64,000 nt of DNA from an uncultured Actinomycetota bacterium (GTDB lineage Bacteria; Actinomycetota; Actinomycetes; JAHEKZ01). The notes beneath the pieces are model-generated. The model had not been told where the DNA came from. It ran no database searches and was given only the letters and a program-made list of their open reading frames with translations. Below are positions 49,282 to 58,825 of the stretch, one piece after another. Position 1 is the stretch's first letter; every line of letters begins with the position of its first letter. A program made the translations under genes and the position numbers. The stretch lies in assembly GCA_963718235.1 (NCBI GenBank), contig CAVQYR010000001.1:1856001-1920000 (forward strand), read 5' to 3'.

Positions 49282-50898
49282 TCAGTACGCGCCGTCGCGG
49301 CGGATGACCGCCAGGACGGTCTTCATCATGATCGTGATGTCCAGCGCCAGGGACCAGTTCTCGACGTACAGCAGGTCGAGGCGCACCGAGTCGTCCCAGG
49401 ACAGGTTCGAGCGGCCGCTGACCTGCCAAAGGCCGGTGATCCCGGGCTTCACGATCAGGCGGCGTCGCACGTCCAGCGGGTAGCGCGCCACCTCGCTGGG
49501 CAGCGGGGGGCGAGGGCCGACCAAGGACATCCGGCCACGGATCACGTCGAGGAACTGCGGGAACTCGTCGATCGAGAACCGCCGGATGAAGGCTCCGACC
49601 GGTGTGACGCGTGGGTCGTCCTTCATCTTGAACAGCAGTCCGTCGGACTCGTTCTGGTCGCCGAGCTCAGCCAGACGTTCTTCTGCATCGACGTACATGC
49701 TGCGGAACTTGTGGATCACGAACGGTTCGCCGTGGCGACCGATCCGGACCTGCCGGAAGAACACCGGACCGCGCGAGGTCAGCTTCACAGCGAGGGCTGT
49801 GGCGACGAACACCGGCGAGAGGATCAGGACGGCGACCAGGCCGAGCACGCGGTCGAGCGTGCCCTTGACGATCCGTCGGACGCCGGAGAACTCCGGCTCC
49901 TCCACGTTCAGCAGCGGCAGTCCCGCAACGGGGCGGATGTGGATCCGCGGACCGGAGACGTCGGTCAGCCGGGGAGCCACGAGCAGGCTCACGCCGGTGC
50001 CCTCGAGATCCCAGGACAGGCGCCGTAGGTCAGTCTGTGACACGTCTGACCACGCCGTCACCGCCACCGTGTCGGCACCGGTGCGCATGAGCACCTCGAC
50101 GATGTTGTCGCTGTTGCCCAGCACCGGAACACCCTCAACGCTGTCACCACGCGGGGTGTCGATGCAGACGCCCACCATCTCCAGCCCCGCGTGCGGCTCG
50201 CGGCGGACCGTTCGGATCAGCTCGGCCACCGAGCGCTCGAGGCCGACCACGACGACCCGCTGCATGCACTGTCCTTGCCGGCGCACGCGGTGCAGCCCCT
50301 GGCGGCCGGCCCAGTGGGCCACGAGCGAGAGGACCATCGCGAGCGGGATGCCGAGCGCGATCAGGGTCTGTGGGTACATGCCTTCGAACGGATCCAGGTC
50401 GAGGCTCTGCGCGGGCGGGAAGGAGTTCGAGACGACGTAGGCGATGGTGCTGCTGAAGGCCAGGAAGATGACCCCGGCGTGGAACAGCCGCTTGTACTCG
50501 TCGCTGCCGTTGCCCACGAAGCGGTGCTCGTAGGTGCGGCCCAGAGCGAGGGCGAGGACCCACAGCAGCGGGAAGGCGACCAGGAGCGACGTCTTGGGGT
50601 GGGTGATCCCCGACCTGACATGACGATCAGCACCGACACGCAGGGCGGCCATGACGTCACCGGCCACTACGGCGACGGTGTACCGGCGCAGCCACGCCTG
50701 TCGCACCTCGACGAGCGGTTGGGGGCGGGCGTAGTCACGCTGGTCAGGGGTCGAGGGGCCGCCCGGGCGTGTGACGACCGCCAGGTCGTCGGCCGTGGAC
50801 GCACGGCGCACGAGGGCAAGGTCGTCGGAGGCCCGGTCCGTGACCGAGTCGGCCCGCAACGCGTCCGTACTCACCTGGTGCTCCGCCCCGAGTGTCAT
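49282..50898 (-). CDS. Polyprenyl-phosphate glycosylphosphotransferase (priming sugar transferase, WcaJ/WbaP-type)
   Basis: N-terminal TM helices, central Rossmann-like region, catalytic domain GPVFFRQ.R.G..KFRSM..DPRVT..SIDEFPQ..MSLVGPRP..KPGITGLWQVSGRS. Confidence 0.93.
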   Translation of the reverse strand: MTLGAEHQVSTDALRADSVTDRASDDLALVRRASTADDLAVVTRPGGPSTPDQRDYARPQPLVEVRQAWLRRYTVAVVAGDVMAALRVGADRHVRSGITHPKTSLLVAFPLLWVLALALGRTYEHRFVGNGSDEYKRLFHAGVIFLAFSSTIAYVVSNSFPPAQSLDLDPFEGMYPQTLIALGIPLAMVLSLVAHWAGRQGLHRVRRQGQCMQRVVVVGLERSVAELIRTVRREPHAGLEMVGVCIDTPRGDSVEGVPVLGNSDNIVEVLMRTGADTVAVTAWSDVSQTDLRRLSWDLEGTGVSLLVAPRLTDVSGPRIHIRPVAGLPLLNVEEPEFSGVRRIVKGTLDRVLGLVAVLILSPVFVATALAVKLTSRGPVFFRQVRIGRHGEPFVIHKFRSMYVDAEERLAELGDQNESDGLLFKMKDDPRVTPVGAFIRRFSIDEFPQFLDVIRGRMSLVGPRPPLPSEVARYPLDVRRRLIVKPGITGLWQVSGRSNLSWDDSVRLDLLYVENWSLALDITIMMKTVLAVIRRDGAY

Positions 50899-51124
50899 GA
50901 CCCCCCTTTCGTCTCCGCCGAGTGTGTCCCTCCGCCGCGCGCACCGTCAGCGGATTGTCCAACTAGGGCCAGGGTTCACCCGGTTCGCGGCGCCCGGATC
51001 GCCCGGTGTGTCCGTCCAGTCACGGTGAGTGGTGTGACGGGTGGTCCCCACTCCCCCGGCCCGCGAGGTGCAGAATACGCTGCCGTCCGGGTGCGGGGAC
51101 GACCGGGCGCCGCCCCACGGAAGG

Positions 51125-52582
51125 ATGTCGGTGAACCGCACGCTGCACGCAGACGAGCTGGCCTGGCTGGAGCTCATGCTCCTCGGCGCCTACCCCCGCG
51201 GCTACGGCGTCGCGGGGCCCGAGCGGTCGGTCTCGCCCCGGCGCCCCGTCGTCCCCACCCTGACCGTCCCCGCGGCCTCGGTGGTCGTGGGCGACACGAT
51301 CGCGCTGCTCGACCCCGAAGGGGTTCGCCTGGCCGACCTCGTCGTCGAGTCGCTGGCGGCGTCACCGGACGGCGTCGACCTCGTCAGCGGCGTGCCCGTG
51401 GCGCACACCGCCTTCGCCCACGCCGACTACCCGGACCTGCGCGCCGCCCCCGACGAGGTCGCGGCAGGATGGGCCGGAGGGCCCGCAGTGGCGCTGTGGG
51501 GCGACCCACCGCTGACCCTGACCGTACGGGAGGCGGCGCGAGAACACGCGCGCGAGCTGGGGCGCCAGCTCCTCGAGGTGGTGCCGCTGCCGAGCGGGCG
51601 GGACACCGACCCGTCGGCCCACCTGCCGGCCCGGCTGGCCCGTCGGGAGTCCACCCGTGACCCCGGCGACCGCGCGGTGGTGGTCGCCGACCCCGGTCTG
51701 GGCTGGAGCACGGACGACGTCCTGGCCCGCGCGTCGATCGTCGCCGAGTACGGCGCGGCGACCCTTCTGGTGCCGCCCGGTCGCCTGGCTGACCTGGGGC
51801 GCCGGCGTGAGGAGGTGGAAGCGACCGCCCGCTCCCTGGGGGTGCAGGTCGGAGAGGTGCACGCCCATGCCGGTGAGACCCGTCTGGACCGGCGGGTGGT
51901 CGACCGGCTCGTCCTTACCGAGGAGCCTTTCCCCGACTGGTTCGCCGAGCCCCCGGTTGCCGACGAGCTCCGTCGCCTGCACCGGCCCCGCGTACGGGCC
52001 GGTTTCACCGTGCTGCTCAGCGGTCTGTCCGGGTCGGGCAAGTCGACGGTCGCCCGACACCTCGCGGCCCGCCTCCTCGAGGGGGACGCGCGCGCCGTGT
52101 CTCTTCTGGACGGCGACGTCGTGCGCCACCACCTCTCCAAGGGCCTCGGGTTCAGCCGTGACGACCGGGACACCAACGTCCGTCGGATCGGCTTCGTCGC
52201 CAGCGAGATCACCAAGGCGGGGGGCATCGCCGTCGCCTGCCCGATCGCGCCGTACGACGTCACACGCAAGGACGTCAGAGCCATGGTCGAGGCCCACGGC
52301 GGCTTCGTGCTCGTCCACGTCTCGACGCCCCTGGAGGAGTGCGAGCGACGCGACCGCAAGGGCCTGTACGCGAAGGCCAGGCGCGGCGAGATCCCCGAGT
52401 TCACGGGCATCTCCGACCCCTATGAGGAGCCGCTCGACGCCGAGCTAGCCGTCGACACCACACATCTGTCGGTCGGCGACGCGGTCGACCAGGTGATGGG
52501 CACCCTGCTGCGGCTCGGTTACCTGCCGGGCGACGACGGTGCCCTCGCCCCTGAGGTGCCGCCGTTCGCCGTTCGGCGCTGA
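51125..52582 (+). CDS. cysC: Adenylyl-sulfate kinase CysC fused to a degenerate Sat-type ATP sulfurylase domain
   Basis: C-terminus has [45 protein letters not shown]-terminus resembles Sat (ELAWLELMLLGA, GDTIALLDPEG) but lacks QTRN, HxxH and GRDHAG. Confidence 0.88.
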   Translation: MSVNRTLHADELAWLELMLLGAYPRGYGVAGPERSVSPRRPVVPTLTVPAASVVVGDTIALLDPEGVRLADLVVESLAASPDGVDLVSGVPVAHTAFAHADYPDLRAAPDEVAAGWAGGPAVALWGDPPLTLTVREAAREHARELGRQLLEVVPLPSGRDTDPSAHLPARLARRESTRDPGDRAVVVADPGLGWSTDDVLARASIVAEYGAATLLVPPGRLADLGRRREEVEATARSLGVQVGEVHAHAGETRLDRRVVDRLVLTEEPFPDWFAEPPVADELRRLHRPRVRAGFTVLLSGLSGSGKSTVARHLAARLLEGDARAVSLLDGDVVRHHLSKGLGFSRDDRDTNVRRIGFVASEITKAGGIAVACPIAPYDVTRKDVRAMVEAHGGFVLVHVSTPLEECERRDRKGLYAKARRGEIPEFTGISDPYEEPLDAELAVDTTHLSVGDAVDQVMGTLLRLGYLPGDDGALAPEVPPFAVRR

Positions 52583-52620
52583 CTCGCCCACCGTCCGCGT
52601 CCACACTGGCACGGCTGCGG

Positions 52621-53880
52621 TCACTGGCTGTGCGAGCCGACCACCATTCCTGCTGCGGCAGTTGCGCCGGTGTGCTCGTCGATCAGGATGAACGACCCAG
52701 TGGTGCGGTTGCGCCGGTACTCGTCGACGAACATCGGCTGAGTGACGCGCAGGGTGACCCGACCGATCTCGTTGAGCCCCAGTGACTGGGCCTTCTCGTC
52801 TCGGTGCAGGTCGTTGACGTCGAGCCGGTACTGGAGGTCCTTCACCACGCCCTTGGCGGTCCGGGTCGTGTGCTTGATGATGTAGCGGTTGCCCGGCTGG
52901 ATTCGGGTGCCCTGCTGCATCCACACGATCGTCGCGTCGATGTCCTGCGTCGACTCAGGATGGTTGTGTGGACGGGCGATCATGTCTCCGCGGCTGATGT
53001 CGAGGTCGTCGGCCAGGCGCAGCGTCACTGCCATCGGCGGGTGAGCCTCCTGGAGGTCCTTCCCGTAGAGGTCGATCCCCGTGACCCGCGTGGTGAGCCC
53101 ACTGGGCTGGACCATGACCTCGTCGCCGATCTTGATCGTTCCACCTGCGACGGTGCCCGCATACCCGCGGTAGTCGTGGAACGCGTCGGACTGTGGCCGC
53201 ACGACGTACTGGACCGGGAACCGGACGTCGATCAGGTTCTGGTCCGAGCCGATGTGCACGTTCTCCAGGTGGTGCAGCAGCGACGTGCCCTCGTACCAGG
53301 GCATGCTGTCCGACCGGTTGACCACGTTGTCACCCTTGAGGGCCGACACCGGGATGATCGTCAGGTCGGGGATGTCCAGCTTCGCGGCGAACTGCCGGAA
53401 GTCGTCGGCGATCTCGTTGAACCGCTGCTCGTCATAGTCGACGAGGTCCATCTTGTTGACCAACAGCACGATGTGGGGCACGCGGAGCATGGTGGACAGG
53501 AACGCGTGCCTGCGGCTCTGCTCGACCACGCCGTTGCGCACGTCGACCAGGATCAGCGCGAGGTTCGCCGTCGAGGCGCCCGTCACCATGTTGCGGGTGT
53601 ACTGGATGTGCCCAGGGGTGTCCGCGATGATGAACTTGCGCTTCGGGGTCGCGAAGTAGCGGTAGGCCACGTCGATGGTGATGCCCTGCTCGCGCTCGGC
53701 GCGCAGGCCGTCGGTCAGCAGCGCCAGGTTCGTGTAGTCGGCGCCCTGGTCGCGCGAGGTGCGCTCGACCGCCTCGAGCTGGTCCTCGAAGATCGACTTG
53801 CTGTCGAACAGCAGCCGACCGATCAGGGTGCTCTTGCCGTCGTCGACCGAACCGGCGGTGGCCAGTCTCAGCAGTTCCAT
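52621..53880 (-). CDS. cysN: Sulfate adenylyltransferase subunit 1 (GTPase; no fused CysC domain)
   Basis: AGSVDDGKSTLIGRLL, EREQGITIDVAYRYF, DTPGH, NKMD, GSFILID. Confidence 0.95.
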   Translation of the reverse strand: MELLRLATAGSVDDGKSTLIGRLLFDSKSIFEDQLEAVERTSRDQGADYTNLALLTDGLRAEREQGITIDVAYRYFATPKRKFIIADTPGHIQYTRNMVTGASTANLALILVDVRNGVVEQSRRHAFLSTMLRVPHIVLLVNKMDLVDYDEQRFNEIADDFRQFAAKLDIPDLTIIPVSALKGDNVVNRSDSMPWYEGTSLLHHLENVHIGSDQNLIDVRFPVQYVVRPQSDAFHDYRGYAGTVAGGTIKIGDEVMVQPSGLTTRVTGIDLYGKDLQEAHPPMAVTLRLADDLDISRGDMIARPHNHPESTQDIDATIVWMQQGTRIQPGNRYIIKHTTRTAKGVVKDLQYRLDVNDLHRDEKAQSLGLNEIGRVTLRVTQPMFVDEYRRNRTTGSFILIDEHTGATAAAGMVVGSHSQ

Positions 53881-54794
53881 CAGAAGTATCCCTCGCGCTT
53901 GCGGTCCTCCATGGCGGCCTCCGACGCACGGTCGTCGGCCCGGGTGGCGCCTCGTTCGGTGATCCGACTCGCGGCGACGTCTTCGATGATCTTCTCCAGA
54001 CTGTCCGCGTCGGAGGCGACCGCTGCGGTGCAGGTCATGTCCCCAACGGTGCGGTAACGCACGAGCTCGTCGAAGACCTCCTCGCCCTCCTGCGGCGGGG
54101 TCACATGCGTGACGGCCATCAGCATCCCGTCGCGCAGGAAGACCTGGCGCCGGTGCGCGTAGTAGATCGACGGCAGCTCCAGCTGCTCGCGCTGGACGTA
54201 CTGCCAGATGTCGAGCTCGGTCCAGTTCGAAAGGGGGAAGATCCGGATGTGCTCGCCTGGCCGGTGACGGCCGTTGTACAGACTCCACAGCTCGGGGCGC
54301 TGGGCCTTGGGGTCCCACTGACCGAACTCGTCGCGGAAGCTGAACACCCGCTCCTTGGCGCGCGCCTTCTCCTCGTCGCGCCGTGCTCCTCCGAACACCG
54401 CGTCGAACTTGTTGTCGACGATGGCCTTGAGCAGCGGGACGGTCTGGATCTGGTTGCGCGAGGCCCTCGGTCCGGTCGGGTCCTGGACAAGCCCCTGCGC
54501 GATGGCGTCCTCGACGCTGGCGACGATCAGCCGTGCGTTCAGCTCGGCCACCCGGCGGTCGCGGTAGTCGATGACCTCGTCGAAGTTGTGCCCGGTGTCG
54601 ACGTGCATGAGGGGGAACGGGATCTTCGCCGGCCAGAAGGCCTTCTCGGCCAACCGGAGCATGACGATGGAGTCCTTGCCGCCGGAGAACAGCAGCACCG
54701 GCCGCTCGAACTCCGCGGCCACCTCGCGCATGATGTGGATGGACTCGGCCTCGAGCTGGTCGAGCTGAGTCAGCTGGTAGTCGATCGTGGTCAC
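53880..54794 (-). CDS. cysD: Sulfate adenylyltransferase subunit 2
   Basis: LEAESIHI.REV, LFSGGKDS, GGARRDEEKARAKER, QRPELW, MEDRKREGYF. Confidence 0.96.
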   Translation of the reverse strand: MTTIDYQLTQLDQLEAESIHIMREVAAEFERPVLLFSGGKDSIVMLRLAEKAFWPAKIPFPLMHVDTGHNFDEVIDYRDRRVAELNARLIVASVEDAIAQGLVQDPTGPRASRNQIQTVPLLKAIVDNKFDAVFGGARRDEEKARAKERVFSFRDEFGQWDPKAQRPELWSLYNGRHRPGEHIRIFPLSNWTELDIWQYVQREQLELPSIYYAHRRQVFLRDGMLMAVTHVTPPQEGEEVFDELVRYRTVGDMTCTAAVASDADSLEKIIEDVAASRITERGATRADDRASEAAMEDRKREGYF

Positions 54795-54864
54795 GCTTGC
54801 CTCTCCCGGTCGAGCATTGGTCTTCCTGGTCCCTTTGCCACTGACGCTGCCAGTGACAGCACGC

Positions 54865-55686
54865 TCAGCGGTCCGCCGCTGCAGCGAGCACTGCGTCAGC
54901 CAGCTCGGGCCTGCAGACGATCAGATCGGGCAGCGACACGTCGCGCTGGTTGTACTCCAGCGCCGACCCGTCGATCCGGCTGCAGAACAGCCCAGCCGCC
55001 CGGGCCACCGCGACCGGAGCCGCACTGTCCCATTCGTACTGCCCCCCTGAGTGCACGTAGACGTCGCCGTCTCCGAGCAGCACCGCCATGGCCTTCGCCC
55101 CGGCCGACCCCATGGGGACGAGCTCAGCCCCCAGGGCCTCGGCCACCCGCTGCGCCTCGACCGGTGGCCGGGTGCGACTCACGAGGACGCGTGGCCGGGC
55201 CGGAATCGGCGTGGTGGGCTGAGCAACAGAGTAGGTCGACAACGTGACTCCTCGCCCCGGCAACGCCACAGCACCCGCCGTGAGTTCGCCCGGACGGCCC
55301 AACGCGCCAGCCCCACGCACCCAGAGGGCGACATGGATCGCCCAGTCGTCGCGCGGCGGCTCGGAGAACTCGCGCGTGCCGTCGAGCGGGTCGACGATCC
55401 AGACCCGGTCCGCCTCGAGGCGGGCGAGGTCGTCAGCGCCCTCCTCGGACAGCACGGCGTCGAAGGGCCGGTAGTGGGCCAACGCCGCCATGAGCAGGTC
55501 GTGCGCGGTCTGGTCTCCGGCGTCCTTGAGCGCCTTGGGGTCGAAGTCACCCTGGGCGGCGAACTCCGCCCGCAGCTGCTCGAGAGCCACCCCAGCGGCG
55601 TCGGCCAACGCAGCCGCCAGCCGAGCGTCGTCGGCGGCGTCGGCCTCGTCGACGGTCGGCGGCGTGATGCCGTCGACGGGGGTCAC
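54865..55686 (-). CDS. cysQ: 3'(2'),5'-bisphosphate nucleotidase CysQ
   Basis: VLSEE, WIVDPLDGTREF, MGSAGAK, YEWDSAAP. Confidence 0.93.
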   Translation of the reverse strand: MTPVDGITPPTVDEADAADDARLAAALADAAGVALEQLRAEFAAQGDFDPKALKDAGDQTAHDLLMAALAHYRPFDAVLSEEGADDLARLEADRVWIVDPLDGTREFSEPPRDDWAIHVALWVRGAGALGRPGELTAGAVALPGRGVTLSTYSVAQPTTPIPARPRVLVSRTRPPVEAQRVAEALGAELVPMGSAGAKAMAVLLGDGDVYVHSGGQYEWDSAAPVAVARAAGLFCSRIDGSALEYNQRDVSLPDLIVCRPELADAVLAAAADR

Positions 55687-57212
55687 TCTCCGGCGCCTGT
55701 GAGCTTCTCGCGAAGCGCCGCGAGCGCCTCGTCAGAGGCCAGTGCACCCTCGACCTCGGCCGGAGCCTCGGTGCTGTAGGTGGACGGGGTGTCCCCCGCC
55801 TCCAGAGCCGCCGCCTGGTCGGCCTTGCGCGCCTCCTCGACCTGCTTCTTGTGCTGCTCGAAACGGGCCTGGGCGTCGGCGTACTGCTTCTCCCACTCCT
55901 CGCGCTGCTTCTCGTAGCCGGGCAGCCAGTCGTTGGTCTCCGGGTCGAAGCCCTCGGGGTAGACGTAGTTGCCCTGCTCGTCGTAGACCGCAGCCATGCC
56001 GTAGAGCGTGGGGTCGAACTCGACGGTCTCGCCGGCCCCCTCGTTGGCCTGCTTCAGCGACAGCGAGATGCGACGGCGGTCGAGGTCGATGTCGATGACC
56101 TTGACGAAGATCTCGGTGCCGACCTGGACGACCTGCTCGGGGATCTCCACGTGGCGCTCGGCCAGCTCGGAGATGTGCACCAGGCCCTCGATGCCCTCGT
56201 CGACCCGGACGAAGGCGCCGAACGGGACGAGCTTGGTGACCTTGCCGGGCACGACCTGCCCGATCTGGTGGGTGCGGGCGAAGTGCTGCCACGGGTCTTC
56301 CTGGGTGGCCTTCAGCGACAGGGACACGCGCTCGCGGTCCATGTCGACGTCGAGCACCTCGACGGTGACCTCCTGGCCCACCTCGACGACCTCGCTGGGG
56401 TGGTCGATGTGCTTCCAGGACAGCTCCGAGACGTGGACGAGCCCGTCGACCCCGCCGAGGTCGACGAACGCACCGAAGTTCACGATGCTGCTGACCACAC
56501 CGCTGCGGACCTGGCCCTTCTGCAGCGTGGTGAGGAAGTTCTGGCGGACCTCGGACTGGGTCTGCTCCAGCCAGGCGCGGCGGCTGAGCACCACGTTGTT
56601 GCGGTTCTTGTCGAGCTCGATGATCTTGGCCTCGATCTCCTTGCCCACGTAGGGCTGGAGGTCGCGCACACGGCGCATCTCGACCAGGGAGGCCGGCAGG
56701 AAGCCGCGCAGGCCGATGTCCAGGATGAGACCGCCCTTGACGACCTCGATGACGGTGCCCTTGACGACGCCGTCCTCCTCCTTGACCTGCTCGATCGTGC
56801 CCCACGCGCGCTCGTACTGGGCGCGCTTCTTGGACAGGATCAGGCGCCCCTCCTTGTCCTCCTTCTGCAGGACCAGGGCCTCGATCTGGTCGCCGACGGA
56901 GACCACCTGGGCGGGGTCGACGTCGTGCTTGATCGACAGCTCACGGGAGGGGATCACGCCCTCGGTCTTGTAGCCGATGTCGAGCAGGACCTCGTCGCGG
57001 TCGACCTTGACGATGGTTCCTTCGACGATGTCGCCGTCGTTGAAGTACTTGATGGTCGCGTCGATGGCAGCGAGGAAGTCCTCGGCCGTTCCGACGTCGT
57101 TGAGGGCCACCTGGGTGACCGTTGCGGCGGGTGTTCCCGCCGGCTCACCGACCGGCGCGCCGCTCGGGGGCTCGGTGGTGGGGCTGGGGGCGACCTCGGT
57201 GCTGCTCGTCAT
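55683..57212 (-). CDS. rpsA: 30S ribosomal protein S1
   Basis: Four S1 repeats (DIGYKTEG, DIGLRGFLP, FGAFVDL.GVDGL.H, FGAFVRV..GIEGL.H); actinobacterial tail ALASDEALAALREKL. Confidence 0.97.
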   Translation of the reverse strand: MTSSTEVAPSPTTEPPSGAPVGEPAGTPAATVTQVALNDVGTAEDFLAAIDATIKYFNDGDIVEGTIVKVDRDEVLLDIGYKTEGVIPSRELSIKHDVDPAQVVSVGDQIEALVLQKEDKEGRLILSKKRAQYERAWGTIEQVKEEDGVVKGTVIEVVKGGLILDIGLRGFLPASLVEMRRVRDLQPYVGKEIEAKIIELDKNRNNVVLSRRAWLEQTQSEVRQNFLTTLQKGQVRSGVVSSIVNFGAFVDLGGVDGLVHVSELSWKHIDHPSEVVEVGQEVTVEVLDVDMDRERVSLSLKATQEDPWQHFARTHQIGQVVPGKVTKLVPFGAFVRVDEGIEGLVHISELAERHVEIPEQVVQVGTEIFVKVIDIDLDRRRISLSLKQANEGAGETVEFDPTLYGMAAVYDEQGNYVYPEGFDPETNDWLPGYEKQREEWEKQYADAQARFEQHKKQVEEARKADQAAALEAGDTPSTYSTEAPAEVEGALASDEALAALREKLTGAGE

Positions 57213-57380
57213 GTAAAGGGACTCCGGATGCGGACAGGAACTCGTGCCGATGCGCGGAGGACCGTTTTCGCCGTGCCGAAACCCCCTGATGACGGGAAAC
57301 CGACAGAATGCGAGCGCGAGCCTGCTCGGTCTGAGGACGCACGGGCCCACTGCGCTTCCGGGGAGTCTACGGTGGCCGCC

Positions 57381-58256
57381 GTGACAGGGTCAATCGAGGC
57401 GTCCCGACGCGCCGATGGGCGCGACGTGACGCAGGCCGAGGCCCGTCGGGCGGCCCGCAGCTGGTGGGACGCCCACGCCGACGAGTACCAGGCCGAGCAC
57501 GGGGACGCCCTGGGCGGGTCGTCGCTGGTCTGGGGCCCGGAGGGCCTGACCGAGGCGGTGGCCATGCTGCTCGGCCCCATCGACGGGGCCCGGGTGCTCG
57601 AGGTCGGCTGCGGAGCCGGCCAGGGCAGCCGTTGGGTGACCGCCTCCGGGGGCCTCGCCCTCGGGGTCGACCTCTCCCTCGGCCAGCTGCGCCACGCCAG
57701 GGGCTTGGACCTGACCGGCCGGGACCGCGGAAGGTGGGTGTGCGCCGACGCGACGGCCCTCCCGCTGGGGCCGGACACCGTCGACGTGGCCTTCTCGGCC
57801 TACGGCGCCCTGCAGTTCGTGGCCGACCCGGAGTCCGTGCACCGTGAGGTCGCTCGGGTGCTGCGCCCCGGTGGACGGTGGGTCTTCTCGGTCACCCATC
57901 CGATCCGGTGGGCCTTCCCGGACGACCCGGGGCCGGCCGGACTCACCGTCGTCCGGTCGTACTTCGACCGCGCTGCGTACCTGGAGCAGGACGACGGCGT
58001 CGTCACCTACCTCGAGACCCACCGAACCCTCGGCGACCAGGTCCGGATGCTCAGCCGGCACGGGTTCGTCATCGAGGACCTGGTCGAGCCGCAGTGGCCC
58101 GAGGGCCATGACCGCACCTGGGGCGGCTGGAGCCCTCTGCGCGGTCGGCTCATCCCGGGGACCGTCGTCTTCGTGACCCACCTGCTCGGGCCGCCGAGCC
58201 TCAGCGGTACCCAGGCTCGGTCCGCACGGGGCCAGGCGCCCGGGGCCCGAGGATGA
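57381..58256 (+). CDS. Class I SAM-dependent methyltransferase
   Basis: WWD..ADEYQ.EHG, VLEVGCGAG, RVLRPGG; TACGGT -10 seven nt before GTG; usual polA-rpsA neighbour. Confidence 0.9.
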   Translation: MTGSIEASRRADGRDVTQAEARRAARSWWDAHADEYQAEHGDALGGSSLVWGPEGLTEAVAMLLGPIDGARVLEVGCGAGQGSRWVTASGGLALGVDLSLGQLRHARGLDLTGRDRGRWVCADATALPLGPDTVDVAFSAYGALQFVADPESVHREVARVLRPGGRWVFSVTHPIRWAFPDDPGPAGLTVVRSYFDRAAYLEQDDGVVTYLETHRTLGDQVRMLSRHGFVIEDLVEPQWPEGHDRTWGGWSPLRGRLIPGTVVFVTHLLGPPSLSGTQARSARGQAPGARG

Positions 58257-58825
58257 ACGGACCGTCCCTCTCGACCTCGGTCCGCACGATGCGGCCCCAC
58301 GAGTTCGCCGAGGTCCGCGACCTCGCCGCGGCGGCGTTCGGTGACGACCCCCAGATCAGCCGTCTGTTCGACCTGCTCCAGGCGTCCTGGGCGTGGGAGT
58401 GCGACCTCTCGTTCGTCGCCGAGAGCGCCGGGCAGATCGTCGGCCAGGTGCTCTACACGCACGCCTTCCTCGACGCCGACCGGAGCCTCGTGGGGGTGCT
58501 TGTCCTCGGCCCCCTCGCGGTGCGCTCCGACCTGCACCGCCGAGGGGTGGGAACACAGCTGGTCACCCAGACACTGACCCGGCTCCAGGAGCGTGCGGAG
58601 CCGCTGGTCCTCCTGGAGGGTCATCCGGGCTACTACCCGCGGTTCGGCTTCGAGCGCGGTCGGGACCTCGGTCTCCTCGCCCCGTCCAGCCGCACCCCCG
58701 ACGAAGCCTTCATGGCCTACCGGCTGCCGGCCTACCGATCCTGGATGCGTGGACGGCTGGTCTACCCCGACCCGTTCTGGCGCGCTGACGCCGTGGGGCT
58801 GCGGGGCCAGACGCCGCCTCAGTGA
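58253..58825 (+). CDS. GNAT family N-acetyltransferase (YhbS-like)
   Basis: LGPLAV...HRRGVG, LEGHPGYYPRFGF. Confidence 0.88.
   Translation: MNGPSLSTSVRTMRPHEFAEVRDLAAAAFGDDPQISRLFDLLQASWAWECDLSFVAESAGQIVGQVLYTHAFLDADRSLVGVLVLGPLAVRSDLHRRGVGTQLVTQTLTRLQERAEPLVLLEGHPGYYPRFGFERGRDLGLLAPSSRTPDEAFMAYRLPAYRSWMRGRLVYPDPFWRADAVGLRGQTPPQ

Noticed and set aside
51019-51038. GTCAC...GTGAC palindrome between the sugar transferase and cysC as a BldD or CRP site
   Set aside because: Spacing and core positions do not fit either consensus well enough.
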